A DNA stretch of 64,000 bases from Mustelus asterias (Eukaryota). The notes beneath the pieces are model-generated. The model was not told the DNA's origin. It worked only from the letters and a program-made list of their open reading frames with translations, and did no database searches. Of the stretch, positions 38,413-50,103 are shown one piece after another (within the stretch, counting starts at the first letter, position 1; each line of letters opens with the position of its first letter). The position numbers were made by a program, and so were the translations under genes. The stretch lies in assembly GCF_964213995.1 (NCBI RefSeq), contig NW_027591538.1:1-64000 (forward strand), written 5' to 3'.

Positions 38413-38882
38413 CAATGTATCTGGAACACGACGTTTTACTCCCTGAAGAGGGGAACATTCTGAACAAATCAATTAAGTCGCTTTTGTATCTTCTTGCTTA
38501 TAGAATAAAGAAACTAAATTAGCCTGTTAATCCCTGGCGCTATTCTGATTTATAACCTCCGCATTTACTCCAAAGACTTGGCGTTCTCTCGACTTCGTCG
38601 TCCCCAGGATTTGAACAGAGAACTCCAGCAATGATTTCCGCAGATTCCGCACCCTTTTCCCAAATGCATATCAACAGTAACGAAGTCAGTATCTAAAGAG
38701 CTCCAATGTAGATATCTGAGCAGCATTTGTATCTTGGTGGATGTCAACCCTGAATCAACTCAACAGGAAAATCCCAGCGTGCAATGAAATATACATTGGC
38801 CAATTGACGGCCCCAAATTGAAGCCCGAGCGCCACAAACACACGTGATGTTATAACTGAAAGCTGTATGGATGGAAGGCTTG

Positions 38883-38890
38883 TGATGTCA
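38883..38890 (+). promoter_or_regulatory. CRE-like element in V3 promoter
   Basis: TGATGTCA about 120 bp upstream of the ATG. CRE/decamer motifs are typical of TCR V promoters. Confidence 0.5.
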
Positions 38891-39010
38891 CAATAGACCC
38901 CCCCACACACACACACTCACTGCAATCAGCTGAACAGAGCCCAGGTTCCTCTCTCCTTCTCAGTCTCTGACTCATTCCATTCCCAGTCACTGAGGGGGAT
39001 TCACTCAGAC

Positions 39011-39501
39011 ATGTTTCTGCTCATACTGGCGGCGCTCTTGCACAGTAAGTACTGGAAAACGTTCATCAAACCAGATAAACATACTGATGGCAACTTAATT
39101 AACCGTCTGAAATATCCCTGTAATGCACAGAATGGAGGTTCCACAAACTATCGCAGATACAAACACGTTTACATTAACTCTTGGTATTTCATTCCTCTAC
39201 CTTCGCAGGCGGACTGTGCGCAGATCCAGTAACTCAGTCACCGGTGACAATAACCGCATCAGAAGGGGGTTCGGTGCAGTTAGATTGTAACTATACAGAC
39301 AGGAATATGGACTACATGCAATGGTATCACCAGAAACCAGCACAGCCACCGACATGGATTATTTCCAAAATATTAACAACGAAGGAAGATGAAGTTTCTG
39401 GACGATATCTGGCGGCTGCTGACAAGTCTAAGCAGAATGGTTACCTCAATATCAGCGCCCTCAATGTGGAGGACAGGGCCGTCTATTACTGTGCAGTGAG
39501 G
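39011..39501 (+). CDS. TRAV: TCR alpha/delta V segment V3 (family C), leader 39011-39044 + V exon 39209-39501; apparently functional
   Basis: MFLLILAALLH/GTAAGT...CGCAG/SGLCADPVTQSP...LDCNY...WYHQKP...DRAVYYCAVR. Confidence 0.93.
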
Positions 39502-39540
39502 CACAGCGTTAGATTGCAGTTAAAACGCCTTACAAAAACC
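39502..39540 (+). other. 23-RSS of V3
   Basis: CACAGCG - 23 nt - ACAAAAACC. Confidence 0.93.
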
Positions 39541-40029
39541 TCAGCGAGTATTTGCAGCTCCACTGGGTTTGCTTCTGCGCGAATGGTTTGTTCCCGGGTT
39601 CACGAAGGCAGTCAGGTTTATTTACCGGGTATTTTGTCCTGATTGAGATCGGCAGAGAAGCGGTTTGGGAAATCGAGACGTTAATCCCCATGCCGCAATT
39701 TATGTAGTAAACAAAAAACGTCAGCTGAGGATGGACTCAGAAGTGGAGTTAGTTTGGCAGAAAATTACAGGCTGTTCTTTCAGCATCGTTAACTCTAATG
39801 AGCCCACGGACACCGACTCCTCGGCACTCGCTCCTGTAACGAAATGCAAAGCGGATCAAAATCTGTTGTCGTATTTAACAAATGAGATGTAGAATAACTG
39901 CCACAGAGACTTACCCAGCAACAGGACTATTGTAAATCCGGGACACAGAGACTTACCCAGCAACAGGACTGTTATTGTAAATCCGGGACACAGGCTCATC
40001 CAGCAACACGAAGATATCGAAACTCACAG

Positions 40030-40830
40030 CTGACACTGGTGTATTGTGTGGCAGTGAGCTGCCTTCTTGAAGCATTGCGGTCCCGAGATGCAGGTACACC
40101 GATCGTGCTGTTAGTGTGGGAGTCTGGGGTGTTGACCCATTGACCGTGAAGGAACAGCGGTATATTGCAAAGTAAGGATATGGAATAAATTGGAAGGGAA
40201 CCTCTAGGTTGTGGTGTTCCCATGTGAATGCTGCCCTTGTCCTCCTACATGGCAGTGGCCGTGTGTTCGGATTGTGCTGCCTAAAAATCCTTGTTGAGGT
40301 GCTGCTGTATATCCGGAGGTGTTGCACTCAGCTGCCACTGTTCGTCGGTGGTGACAGGAATGGGTGTTTATTGAATGGGTCGCAATCACGCGGACTGCCC
40401 TGTCCTGTATCTTGTCGAGCTTAATGAGTGTTGTTGGAGCTACACTGATCCAGCAAGTAGGGAGCATTCCATTTACACCCCTGACTTGTATCTTGTAGAT
40501 GGTGGACAGGCTTTGGGGAGTCACGCGGCGAGTTACTCGCCACAGGATTCCTAACCTTTGATCTGCTCCGGTAGCCACGGTATTCATATTCCTCGGTCCA
40601 GTTCAGCTTTCGGTCAACTCCCAGGATGTTGTTGGGGGTGGGGGAGAGGAAGGGGGGGAGCAGGGGGGAGGATTCAGCGATGGTAATGCCTTTGAATATC
40701 AAGGAAAGTTCGACAGATCCTCTTCTTTTGGAGACGGTCATTGCCTGGAACCTGTGTGACCTGAACGTTGCTTCCACTTATCAGTCCAAACCTGGATATT
40801 GTCCAGGTCTTTCTGTATTTGTGCAGAGAC
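40030..40830 (-). mobile_element. Decayed CR1/L2-type LINE 3' fragment (partly duplicated at about 59605-59960)
   Basis: Frameshifted RT C-terminal motifs (STIYKIQVR, KLDKIQDRA). Confidence 0.65.
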
Positions 40831-41107
40831 CAAATGTCTGATTCGAGACAGTGGACTATCATGCTTAAATTAAAGAATGCGGGTGATTTCCTCACCATAA
40901 AGCCCACACTCACTGAGCGACTGTTTCTTCAATCGGATTAGTTACATCATGAGTGTCGATATGTCTGAGAAAAGCGAAGTCGCTGTCAGGAATTGCAAAT
41001 CCCCGGGCAACCCCGCTCACCTGCTCCATTTCCTGCTCTAGTTCTGGCAGCTATTGCCTGCAGTCTGCTATCTGTAGGATTGCTGCAGCAACTGAAAACA
41101 GGCGTGA

Positions 41108-41146
41108 GGTTTTTGTACAGTGACGAGCGTCTTTCCTCTCAGTGTG
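41108..41146 (-). other. 23-RSS of V4
   Basis: CACACTG - 23 nt - ACAAAAACC on minus strand. Confidence 0.92.
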
Positions 41147-41556
41147 GGCTGTATCGCACAGTAATACAGAGCGGCATCCGCGCTCTCCGTGTTTTCAATA
41201 ACCAACTGGCCCCGTTTGCCCGCAGTGGAAAGTTCCAATTCGAACCGGTCTTTTCTCTCTTTGCCATTCGATGATCTGCTTATTATCCACTCGAGTCTCT
41301 GACCGGGTTTTTGCCTGTACCAATACATTCCATAAATGCTGGACATCTCATAACTGCAGTTTATCAGCGCCGAATCCCCGCTCTGGACTGTTCTCGCTGT
41401 GGGAGTTTGTGAAACTTGGTCCGAGCGACACCGATCTATAAAAAAACATTCATACAGTGAGACACTGGAGCAAAATTGTTATAAACAAATAGCTCCACAA
41501 ATAAATATCCTGCGCTTACAAGTTAGCACCACCAGAATGATAAGGAACAGTTTCAT
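41147..41556 (-). CDS. TRAV: TCR alpha/delta V segment V4 (family D), leader 41556-41520 + V exon 41435-41147; apparently functional
   Basis: MKLFLIILVVLT/GTAAGC...TATAG/YRCRSDQVSQTP...INCSY...WYRQKPG...DAALYYCAIQP. Confidence 0.93.
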
Positions 41557-41699
41557 TTGCACTGTGTGATATAATAACAATGTCAGTAAGAATACGGAGC
41601 ACAGCTCACAGCAGAAGAGCATGGATTGAATCAACGTCTTCAACATTTGGCAAATGTAAGATGCACCAGATAAAGTTTCAGACACTTGGGTTTTCTGCA

Positions 41700-41785
41700 A
41701 TCTGATTGGCTGGAATCAGACTCCGTGCTTCCGGTATCAGGATGTGGTTGTTGATCCGAAGCTGCTTCTCTTCCGGGTCACGTGT
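41700..41785 (-). promoter_or_regulatory. V4 promoter motifs: CCAAT, two ETS sites, E-box (conserved at about 60820-60905 for V11)
   Basis: GATTGG, CTTCCGG twice, GTCACGTG. Confidence 0.5.
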
Positions 41786-42050
41786 GAACAAATCAATTGT
41801 CCAAAAAACAGGACACTGCTTTACTGCAGTAACTGTCATTTATAAAAGTGGTTAAAGTTTAACTTCACCAATAAAGGCATGATTTTAAAATGAGGTTTGC
41901 CCTCATTTTAAAGTTATGTATGATAAATGCGTGATCAATAATATGTTGCAAATATTGTTTCTCGATTTACTTTTGCAAATATAATTGATTCCCCTTGTGT
42001 TTCAAACAGTCACATTTTCTCCACCTCTGAGGCACTCCACATGTCATTGC

Positions 42051-42629
42051 TATTTGTCATGTGGAGTTCTGGCGTTGGACTGGGGTAGGAACAGTAAGTA
42101 GTCTCACAACACCAGGTTAAAGTCCAACAGGTTTATTTGGTGGCACGAGCTTTCGGAGCACTGCCCCTTCATCAGGTGAGTGAAGAGTTCGGTTCACAAA
42201 CAGGGCATATATAGACACAAACTAAATTACAAGATAATGGTTGGAATGCGAGTTTTAACAGGTAATCAAGTCTTTACAGGTGCAGACAATGTGAGTGGAG
42301 AGAGGGTTAAGCACAGGTTAAAGTCGTGTGAATTGTCTCCAGCCGGGACAGTTATTGAGATTTTGCAAGCCCAGGCAAGTCATGGGGGTGACAGATAGTG
42401 TGACATGAACCCAAGATCCCGGTTGAGGCCGTCCCCATGTGTGCGGAACTTGGCTATCAGTTTCTGCTCAGCGATTCTGCGTTGTCGTGTGTCGTGAAGG
42501 CCACCTTGGAGAACGCTTACCCGAAGATCAGAGGCTGAATGTCCCTGACTGCTAAAGTGTTCCCCGACAGGTAGGGAACACTGCTGCCTGGTGATTGTCG
42601 AGCGGTGTCCATTCACCCATTGTCGTAGC
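42051..42629 (-). mobile_element. Penelope-like retroelement 3' fragment (GIY-YIG endonuclease C-terminus + LTR)
   Basis: LRQWVNGHRSTITRQQCSLPVGEHFS...RRIAEQKLIAKFRTHGDGLNRD followed by a hammerhead-bearing terminal repeat. Confidence 0.85.
42144..42178 (-). ncRNA. Minimal type I hammerhead ribozyme in Penelope-like LTR
   Basis: CAC-CUGAUGA-A-GGGGC AGU GCUCC-GAAA-GC-UC-GUG: intact core, stem II, palindromic AGCU stem III, stem I CAC/GUG. Confidence 0.75.
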
Positions 42630-42692
42630 ATTTTGTTCTCATTTTATTACAACCAAGATTATCATCTCCCTGAGCTGACGTCAGCTGCGAAT

Positions 42693-43012
42693 CATAAAAT
42701 CCCTACAGTGCAGAAGGAGGCCATTCGCCCCATCGAGTCTGTACCGGTCACAATCCCACCCAGGCCCCACTCCCGCAACTCCGTGCATTTACCCTGCGTA
42801 TCCCCTGACACTCGGGTCAATTTAGCATGGCCAATCAACCTAACCTGCACATCTTTGGACTGTGGGAGGAATCAGCAGCAGCCGAAGGGTACCCACGTAG
42901 ACAAGGGGAGAACATGCAAACTTCATACAGAAAGTGATCCGAAGCCGGAATTGAACCCGGGTCCCTGACACTGTGAGACAGCAGCGCTAACCATTGTGGC
43001 ATCATGCCGCCC
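42693..43012 (-). mobile_element. HE1-type V-SINE
   Basis: Diverged head, V-domain and tail. Confidence 0.85.
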
Positions 43013-43260
43013 CGTAACCAGTGAAGCAATCACTGTTAGTTAATGATTTAATATAGCTGGCACTTTCCAATCACATTCCTTCCCTGGCCGTAAACTTATT
43101 TCTAAAGTCTTTGCTCTCTCTCTGCTCTCTCCCACATAACCAGTTATTCTGTCTCATTAACTGGTTAACTCGCTTTCCTCAGAACTCAGTCCATCAATCT
43201 TTCTGAAGGCAGATCCTTTTTTTCTAATTCAGGTGAAAAGTGAAATTAATATAATTTATG

Positions 43261-43583
43261 GGCGACACGGTGGCACAGTGGTTCGCATTGCTGTCTCACA
43301 GCCCCAGGCACCCGGCTTCAATTCCAACCTCGGGTCACTGCCTGTGTGGAGTTTGCACATTCTTCCCGTGCCGGCGTGGGTGTCCTCCGGGTGCTCCGGG
43401 TTTCTGCCACAGTCCTAAGATGTGCAGGTTTGCTGGATTGGTCATGCTGAATTGTCCCTTCATGTCAAGGGGATTAGCAGGCTAAATATGTGGGGTTACG
43501 GGGATAAGGCCTGGGTGGGATTGTTGTCGGTACAGGCTCGTTGGGCGTAAAGGCTCCTTTCTGTACTGTAGGGATTCTATGAT
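43261..43583 (+). mobile_element. HE1-type V-SINE
   Basis: Head, V-domain and tail. Confidence 0.87.
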
Positions 43584-43714
43584 TATCAGCAGCCTAACGG
43601 ACAGGTATTAATGAGTAACATCCACGACTTAACATAATTAATAGTTCGTGCTTTAAGTATACCGAGAATAAGCAGTCACCCAACTCTGCACCAGGAAATC
43701 TTTCACGTACCCAA

Positions 43715-44210
43715 AACATAGAAACTAGAAGGAGGAGTAGGCCATTCGGCCCTTTGAGCCTTCTCCGCCATTCAGCGTGTTCATGGCTGATCATCGAATT
43801 CAATATTCTGATCCCCCCTTCCTCCCATTAACCGTTCAAATTTCTTCCTGAAATCAGGCAACGTTTTGGCCTCAAGTACATTCTGTGGTAATGAATTCCA
43901 CACATTCATCACTTTCTGGGTGAAAATATTTATCCTCACCTCAGTTCTGAAAGGTTTACCCCTTATCGTCAAACTATGACCCTCGTTCTGGACTCCCCTA
44001 CCATTGGGAACATTCTTTCTGAAGCTACCCTGTCTAACCCTGTCAGAATTTTGTAAATTTTTATGAGATCCGTTCTCACTCTTCTAAACTCCAGTGAATA
44101 TAATCCTAACAGAGTTAGCCTCTCCTCATATAACAAACCTGCCATCCCAGGAATCAGCCTGGTAAACCTTCGCTCTACTCCCTCTATAGCAAGGACATCC
44201 TTCCTCAAAT
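43715..44210 (-). mobile_element. CR1/HER1 LINE 3' fragment
   Basis: RRFTRLIPGM...LGLYSLEFRR...WNSLP and tail. Confidence 0.85.
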
Positions 44211-44592
44211 AGTAAAGTTCTGATTTCAATCAGTCAATCTTTCTTCTCCACAAATTTAAAATGGGACAATTCTGAAGCTGCATTTGATAATAGATCACTT
44301 TTAAACTGTGTCGCCTGACAGAAAGGCACCTGATCCGGATTTTTTTCTAAGTACAGATTAACGAAGTTATTCACCCGGGGTAATCTGCAAATTTGTGCGA
44401 ATTTGATCGGAGAATGATTGGATTTGATCCGGGAATAATATGACCGCCAAATGTGACATTACTGATAATGGATGAGCTCTGCGGGGAATATCGTTCAGCT
44501 GGGGCTGTATTGTCCCCTTCCCTTTCTGGGCATTTTCGATGAGATCCGACTCTTTTTTCCTGACACAGAATACTTGATTATCGACCTGCGCT

Positions 44593-44631
44593 AGTTTTTG
44601 TATGAGGCCCGCGGGAGCCTCATTCACTGTG
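44593..44631 (-). other. 23-RSS of V5
   Basis: CACAGTG - 23 nt - ACAAAAACT on minus strand. Confidence 0.95.
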
Positions 44632-45114
44632 GGTCTCAGTGCACAGTAATACACGGCGCTGTCTGGCATCTTCAAATCTTTCATTGACAAGTGAAAAGTG
44701 CTTTGTTTCTGGTTGAGGTTCCCGCTGAAATGTTCAAAGCCGGGAGCCGTATCGTTAAACCCATAACTATCGGCTCTGAGGAGATACTGAGGAGCTCGGT
44801 GTGGATACTGGCGATACCAGAACAGGTAATGTTGTATAGCTGAACTCGATAGTGAGTAACTGCAGGGTATTGCTGAATCTTCACCCTCTGCTGCTTCAAC
44901 TCCTGGTTCTGACTGGAACACTGAGTCTCCATTGCTCATCTCTGAAAATAAACAGCGGATACAAAGCGGGTTAGGAGTCAGAGGAAGACGATAGTCACAC
45001 AGCGCTGGGAAAGGGAAATTGCACAAGGGTTGAAATATACTTTACAATCTGTGACCAGAATCACTGACCTGGGATCAGAGCAATAACCAGGGTCAGGAAC
45101 ATTTTCACCCCCAT
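44632..45114 (-). CDS. TRAV: TCR alpha/delta V segment V5 (family A), leader 45114-45069 + V exon 44941-44632; apparently functional
   Basis: MGVKMFLTLVIALIP/intron/EMSNGDSVFQSEP...WYRQYP...DSAVYYCALRP. Inverted paralog of V1. Confidence 0.93.
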
Positions 45115-45772
45115 GGTTCCAATCTGAGCTCCAGAATTAGGGAGGGTGATCTCTGTCTGAACGGGACCTGGAATGTGAGAAATTGAAAGAGTTAGCAAGG
45201 TGTGACGCGATTGGCTGGGATTTATTTTCCTCGCCCATTTTTATATCTGCAAAAAGTCACTCTGCAGAAGGCGACTGTGATGTTCGGTAAGTGATCAGAG
45301 AGCGCCCTCCCGTGGACAGTACCAGCGCATTGGGAACAGATGCAGAACGAAGAGCCCAGATATGTACAGTCTGAGAAATATAAAGACCCAGAAATATCTA
45401 GTTCAGGTACAACACGGACAAGAGGAAATAGCCGCTCCACATCCACACCATTAATACCCCTTCGGGTTTTAAGGCTTTGAGAAAGTTATCTCTCAATCTT
45501 CGAAACTCAGTGGATACAAATCCAGCATCAGTACCCTTCTGCTTATCCAGAAAACCCGCTCATACCTGGTAATGCCTTCTCTGGACGTTTGCTAACGCAT
45601 TACCGTCTTTCTATAGATAAGGAATCAAGTATTGTGCACAATACTCCAGATGTGATCTCTCCAATGCCCTACACAACGGAAACATACTGGAATTTAGAAG
45701 AATGGGTGGAGATCAAATTGAGGAATACAAGATGACAAAAGGTATGGATAAAGTAGACGTGGAGTAGACGAC

Positions 45773-45972
45773 GGCGGCACGGTAGCACAGTGGTTAGCAC
45801 TGCTGCTTCCCAGCTCCAATGTCCCGGGTTCGATGCTCGGGTCACTGTCTGTGTGGAGTTTGCACATTCTCCTCGTGTCTGCGTGGGTTTCCTCCGGGTG
45901 CTCCGGTTTCCTCCCACAGTCCAAAGATGTGCGGGTTAGGTTGATGGGCCAGGTTTAAAACATTGCCCCTTA
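45773..45972 (+). mobile_element. HE1-type V-SINE, 5' part
   Basis: Head and V-domain; the normal tail is replaced by other sequence. Confidence 0.85.
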
Positions 45973-46041
45973 GAGCTTCGCTGTACATGGTGGCAGCATC
46001 TGCCCGAGATTCTACACTAACCCCAGCAGACATGTCGATCA

Positions 46042-46180
46042 TTTGGCTAAGATCAAGCGTTAGATCAAGCCCAATATCAGGTGCACGGCCTTTTCTTGTC
46101 ACCTCGGATCTTGGTTTTATATATATATATATCTTGCGGGGACCATGTCTTAGATTCAATTTGAATTGGTTTTTGGAGCA
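46042..46180 (+). pseudogene. Degenerate U2 snRNA-like sequence
   Basis: TTTGGCTAAGATCAAG matches the U2 5' region and TTTTTGGAGCA matches the U2 Sm-site region; the middle is strongly diverged. Confidence 0.4.
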
Positions 46181-46523
46181 ATTAAGAGATTCTGGCCTGT
46201 GCGCTCTGCGTATTGGCTTTGTAACGTTAAGGAATTACTATTTTTAATCCAGCAGACAGGAGCTCCCGGACACAAAGCAGAGTGCAATTGTGGGACTGCT
46301 TTCCATTATAAACTCAGGCGATGAGTTCTTCTGATCAACTGTTCAGAGTGCAAATTCTCCACCTGGAGATGGAGAGAGGTTTGGCTGCCTGGACGGTGCT
46401 GTTGCCGCTGCTTATCTCACCGATTGTCTGCTGACATGAGTAAGACTCCTTATGAGTGCAGCTCATCGGGATTAGCGAGGAGCAGAATAATACAAAATCA
46501 CTCCATGTAATACCATAGGTGAA

Positions 46524-47410
46524 ACAAAGAACAAAGAACAATACAGCACAGGAACAGGCCCTTCGGCCCTCCAAGCCCGCGCCGCTCCCCGGTCCAGGAT
46601 TGAATCCTGAATCCAGGATCCCCGCCCAATTTTCCAGCCTATCTACATCCTAATATCCTATCCACCGAGCTGTCCCTCACAGCTACGATGCATTGTTCAT
46701 CACAACCTATTAACTCACCCCCACCCCCCCATTCCAGACCATGTGATCTCCAGGGAGAGGCGAAAACCCAGAGTGAAAACCCCAGGGCCAATATGGGGAG
46801 AAAAAAACATCTGGGAAATTCCTCTCCGACCCCCTGTGGCGATCGAAACGAGTCCAGGAGATCACACTGGCCCTGATCAGAAAATGCTTCCCAACCCTAT
46901 TCATTTCCACTTCTGCTTTACGAACACCATCTGAATTCCCTGCCCCCGAGACAGGTTCCCAACTATCCGCAGTCTCGCTCTGTACTGGCACCAGCAAGAT
47001 GATCATAGAATGAAGCCTTGAAACGAGAAACAAGGAACAATTAGCCCGCGCCGCTCCCTGGTCCAAACTAGACCACTCTTTTGTATCCCTCCATTCCCAC
47101 TCCATTCATATAGCTGTCTAGATAAGTCTTAAACGTTCCCAGTGTGTCCGCCTCCACCACCTTGCCCGGCAACACATTCCAGGCCCCCACGACCATCTGT
47201 GTAAAATATGTCCTTCTGATATCTGTGTTAAACCTCCCCCCCTTCACCTTGAACCTATGACCCCTCGTGAACGTCACCACCGACCCGGGGAAAAGCTTCC
47301 CACCGTTCACCCTATCTATGCCTTTCATAATTTTATACACCTCTATTAAGTCTCCCCTCATCCTCCGTCTTTCCAAGGAGAACAACCCCAGTTTCCCCAA
47401 TCTCTCCTTT
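46524..47410 (-). mobile_element. CR1/HER1 LINE 3' end with long 3' UTR
   Basis: ERLGKLGLFSLERRRMRGDLIEVYKI...FKTYLDSYM and (TTCTTTG)n tail. Confidence 0.85.
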
Positions 47411-47987
47411 AAAAATAAACAACTTGTCACTCTGTCTTATCATTTGAGGACAGTAGATAATTTCCATGACTCAGATTTGAAATACACCTTCAAACAGGAA
47501 TTGATCATATTGGAGTGTTTTTAAACGTTAGGTTGAAATTACGATTGGGAAATGAGATTAAATGCGTTGATTCCACAATTGCCTCTCTGAAATTCCCCCT
47601 CCCACCCCCAGGCTACACAGCACATTGTCGCTGTCCGCTCTGTAAAAGGGAAGCTGAAGTAAGAGAAGTCTCGATCTCATCTGCACTCTCGTTAATCTGC
47701 TCTAGTTTGATTGCATCCTCATGTTATTCGCATGTTTCCCCTGTAACTCCATCTGTCCCTCCTAATCTGTGCCTTGACTTCTATCACGATCTCGGCCTCG
47801 AATTCACCCACTGTCTTTCCATTCGTTTACCTTCATTCCTTAACACAACATAAGATAACATAGTACATGATACCGACAGGATTATTTCCGAGAGCTTCTG
47901 GACGCCCGAGGAAACCAGACCAGCAGCAGAACCGCCTCGTAAAGCTTCCCGGACCCGCTGCAGTAAACACACAAACATGGTGAGGCA

Positions 47988-48001
47988 CCGCCATCTGGCG
48001 G
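47988..48001 (-). promoter_or_regulatory. CTCF motif
   Basis: CCGCCAGATGGCGG on minus strand. Confidence 0.55.
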
Positions 48002-48074
48002 CAATCTGAGGTAACTGGTCATTTCCTGGAAAATCAACCTGTAAGGCGGAGTGAGAACAGGAAATCGGTTAATT

Positions 48075-48540
48075 TTTAACTGTTCTCTTCCTTTTATTCC
48101 TTTATTGTCTTTCCTATCCGCCTCCTACGCTTTCCCCTTTCCATTTCTTTCCTCCTCCTTTGCTTCCCTTTCCCCCCATTTTCTCAATTTTACCTCTTTT
48201 CCACCCATCTCCCCCCTCCCTCCTTATCTTCATCTGTCACAGCTTACCCTCTGATTTCAGTTTCTCTGTCGTTTGGCCATTCACACCTATTATTCTCTCT
48301 TTGGACTGCCATTTGCAGCTTTTCCCTTTGTTTTTGTGGCTATGACTCATATTTCATTCCCTCACCAAAAAGTATAAACATCTCCCACTTCTCATGCCTT
48401 TTAGCTTTGACAAAGGGTCATCCGGACTCGAAACGTCAGCTCTTTTCTCTCCTTATAGGTGCTGCCAAAGCAGCAGAGATATTCCAGCATTTTTATTTTG
48501 GTTTCAGATTCCAGCATCCGCAGTAATTTGCTTTTATTTT
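48075..48540 (+). mobile_element. Penelope-like LTR fragment, second family (decayed copy at about 57165-57320, minus strand)
   Basis: Pyrimidine-rich tract, hammerhead, then GATTCCAGCATCCGCAGTAATTTGCTTTT tail. Confidence 0.65.
48403..48441 (+). ncRNA. Minimal hammerhead ribozyme, U3-A8 core variant
   Basis: AGCU-UUGACAA-A-GGGUC AUCCG GACUC-GAAA-CG-UC-AGCU. Confidence 0.65.
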
Positions 48541-48860
48541 AAATTAGTTAATGGTGTTCCTGAATCATAGCCGGAGCCCAAATTAAAAGAGCTGATCTGG
48601 AACTGTGAAAACTCCCCGTAGCTGATGCAGGAGGCCACTGAGTCCTGAGAGAATTGAATACAACAATGTGGTAAATAGCCAAACACCATCTTTTAAATGG
48701 GATGAATGGAGGGCGAGAATTAGCTATTTAACAGATTTACGCAGAATGAGAGTGGATGGACATTCCATGTAGACCTGACCTTAGGATCTCGATCACTTGC
48801 AATATTCGCAGCATTGTTACACAAAAAATCGTGTTCACGGTAAAGGGGTGGTTCGTCCAA

Positions 48861-49462
48861 ACTATGTTTCTGCATTTGTTCCTTCAATCAAATTTTCTTC
48901 AATCAAGACACGCGCTCCGATAATGAACTTAATACAATGTCCTTCTGCCCTCTCCGAGTGGAAAAAAAGCACTACAATATACAACTTTAATCGGTATTTT
49001 GTCAGAATTAACACTGGCTGTGTTTCATGATGTTAGATCCAGTTTCCACTATTCCCCCCAACCCGCATCTTGTATTAGAAATAGATTTTATGTCATCCAT
49101 TCTACTTCTACCTGAACTCCTGAAGATAGAGGTGGAGTGACACAATAGCCATGATCCGCTCTAAAAAGATTGTTGGAACATCGGATGATCAATGAGTTCC
49201 AACAATGAAAATCAGATTTAATACCTCCAGGCGCAATCAAAAAGAAAATAAAGTAAAAATATACTTCATACTGAGGAGAATGATCAGCAGTTGTTGGAAT
49301 CAATCTTGATTCCAAAAATGAAACAGGTTGTTTTAAAGCTGTATATTGTAGTGCTTTTTTTCCACCAGGAGAGGGCAGAAGGACATTGCATTAAGTTCAT
49401 TATCGGAGCGCGTGTCTTTATTGAAGAAAATTTGATTGAAGGAACAAATGCAGAAACATAGT
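48861..49462. repeat. Inverted repeat with 130-bp arms (48861-48990 / 49333-49462)
   Basis: The arms are reverse complements with only a few mismatches, around a spacer of about 340 bp. Confidence 0.9.
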
Positions 49463-50103
49463 GTTAACACTGATAACAAACTTATTATTTTTTAAAATAT
49501 TCTTATGAGTTGTCAATGTTGCCACTCCTGTAGTTATGTACCAACTATTCGATGGATAGACCAGTTCCCATTGCACAAGTTCCCAAATTATCCAACGATA
49601 TTTTAGGACTAACATCAGGACCTTCTTCTTGTCAGACCGGGACTGGTCACAGTGTGGAATGAAACTTCAGAAAGAACGAGAGAGCAAAATGCACTGCAAT
49701 CGTTGGATCGTAGAACAGAAGGAACGTTGTAAGCTCTCCCGCAGTGAAAGAGCTATAACAAGAAGGAGGAAACAGCTCTTCTCATTTATAACTATCTCGT
49801 GAACTGCAACTTGTCGAAGATCCAAGTGAAGAATTGCACCCTGGAATTACCAGTATTCACCAGTAGAGAGCAGTGTGTCGCGTGAGAAATATTTAATCTG
49901 GGCGTGTCAGGTGTGTCCTCAGAGGTTGTGTGGGTCTGTGTCAGTGTGAAACGCTCAGTATGGGTGGCTAAAGTAGAACCCGCCTAATGTTGTCAGTTCA
50001 ACATAAACACGGCACTGAACTGAACCCGAAGAGAATACTTGGTTCCGGGTTAATTTCCATCTCCTGGTTCAAAGCTGATCTCGGTGTTGTGTGTGAACTG
50101 AGA

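Noticed and set aside
39903-39992. Direct duplication of about 43 bp downstream of V3
   Set aside because: Simple slippage duplication with no motif of interest
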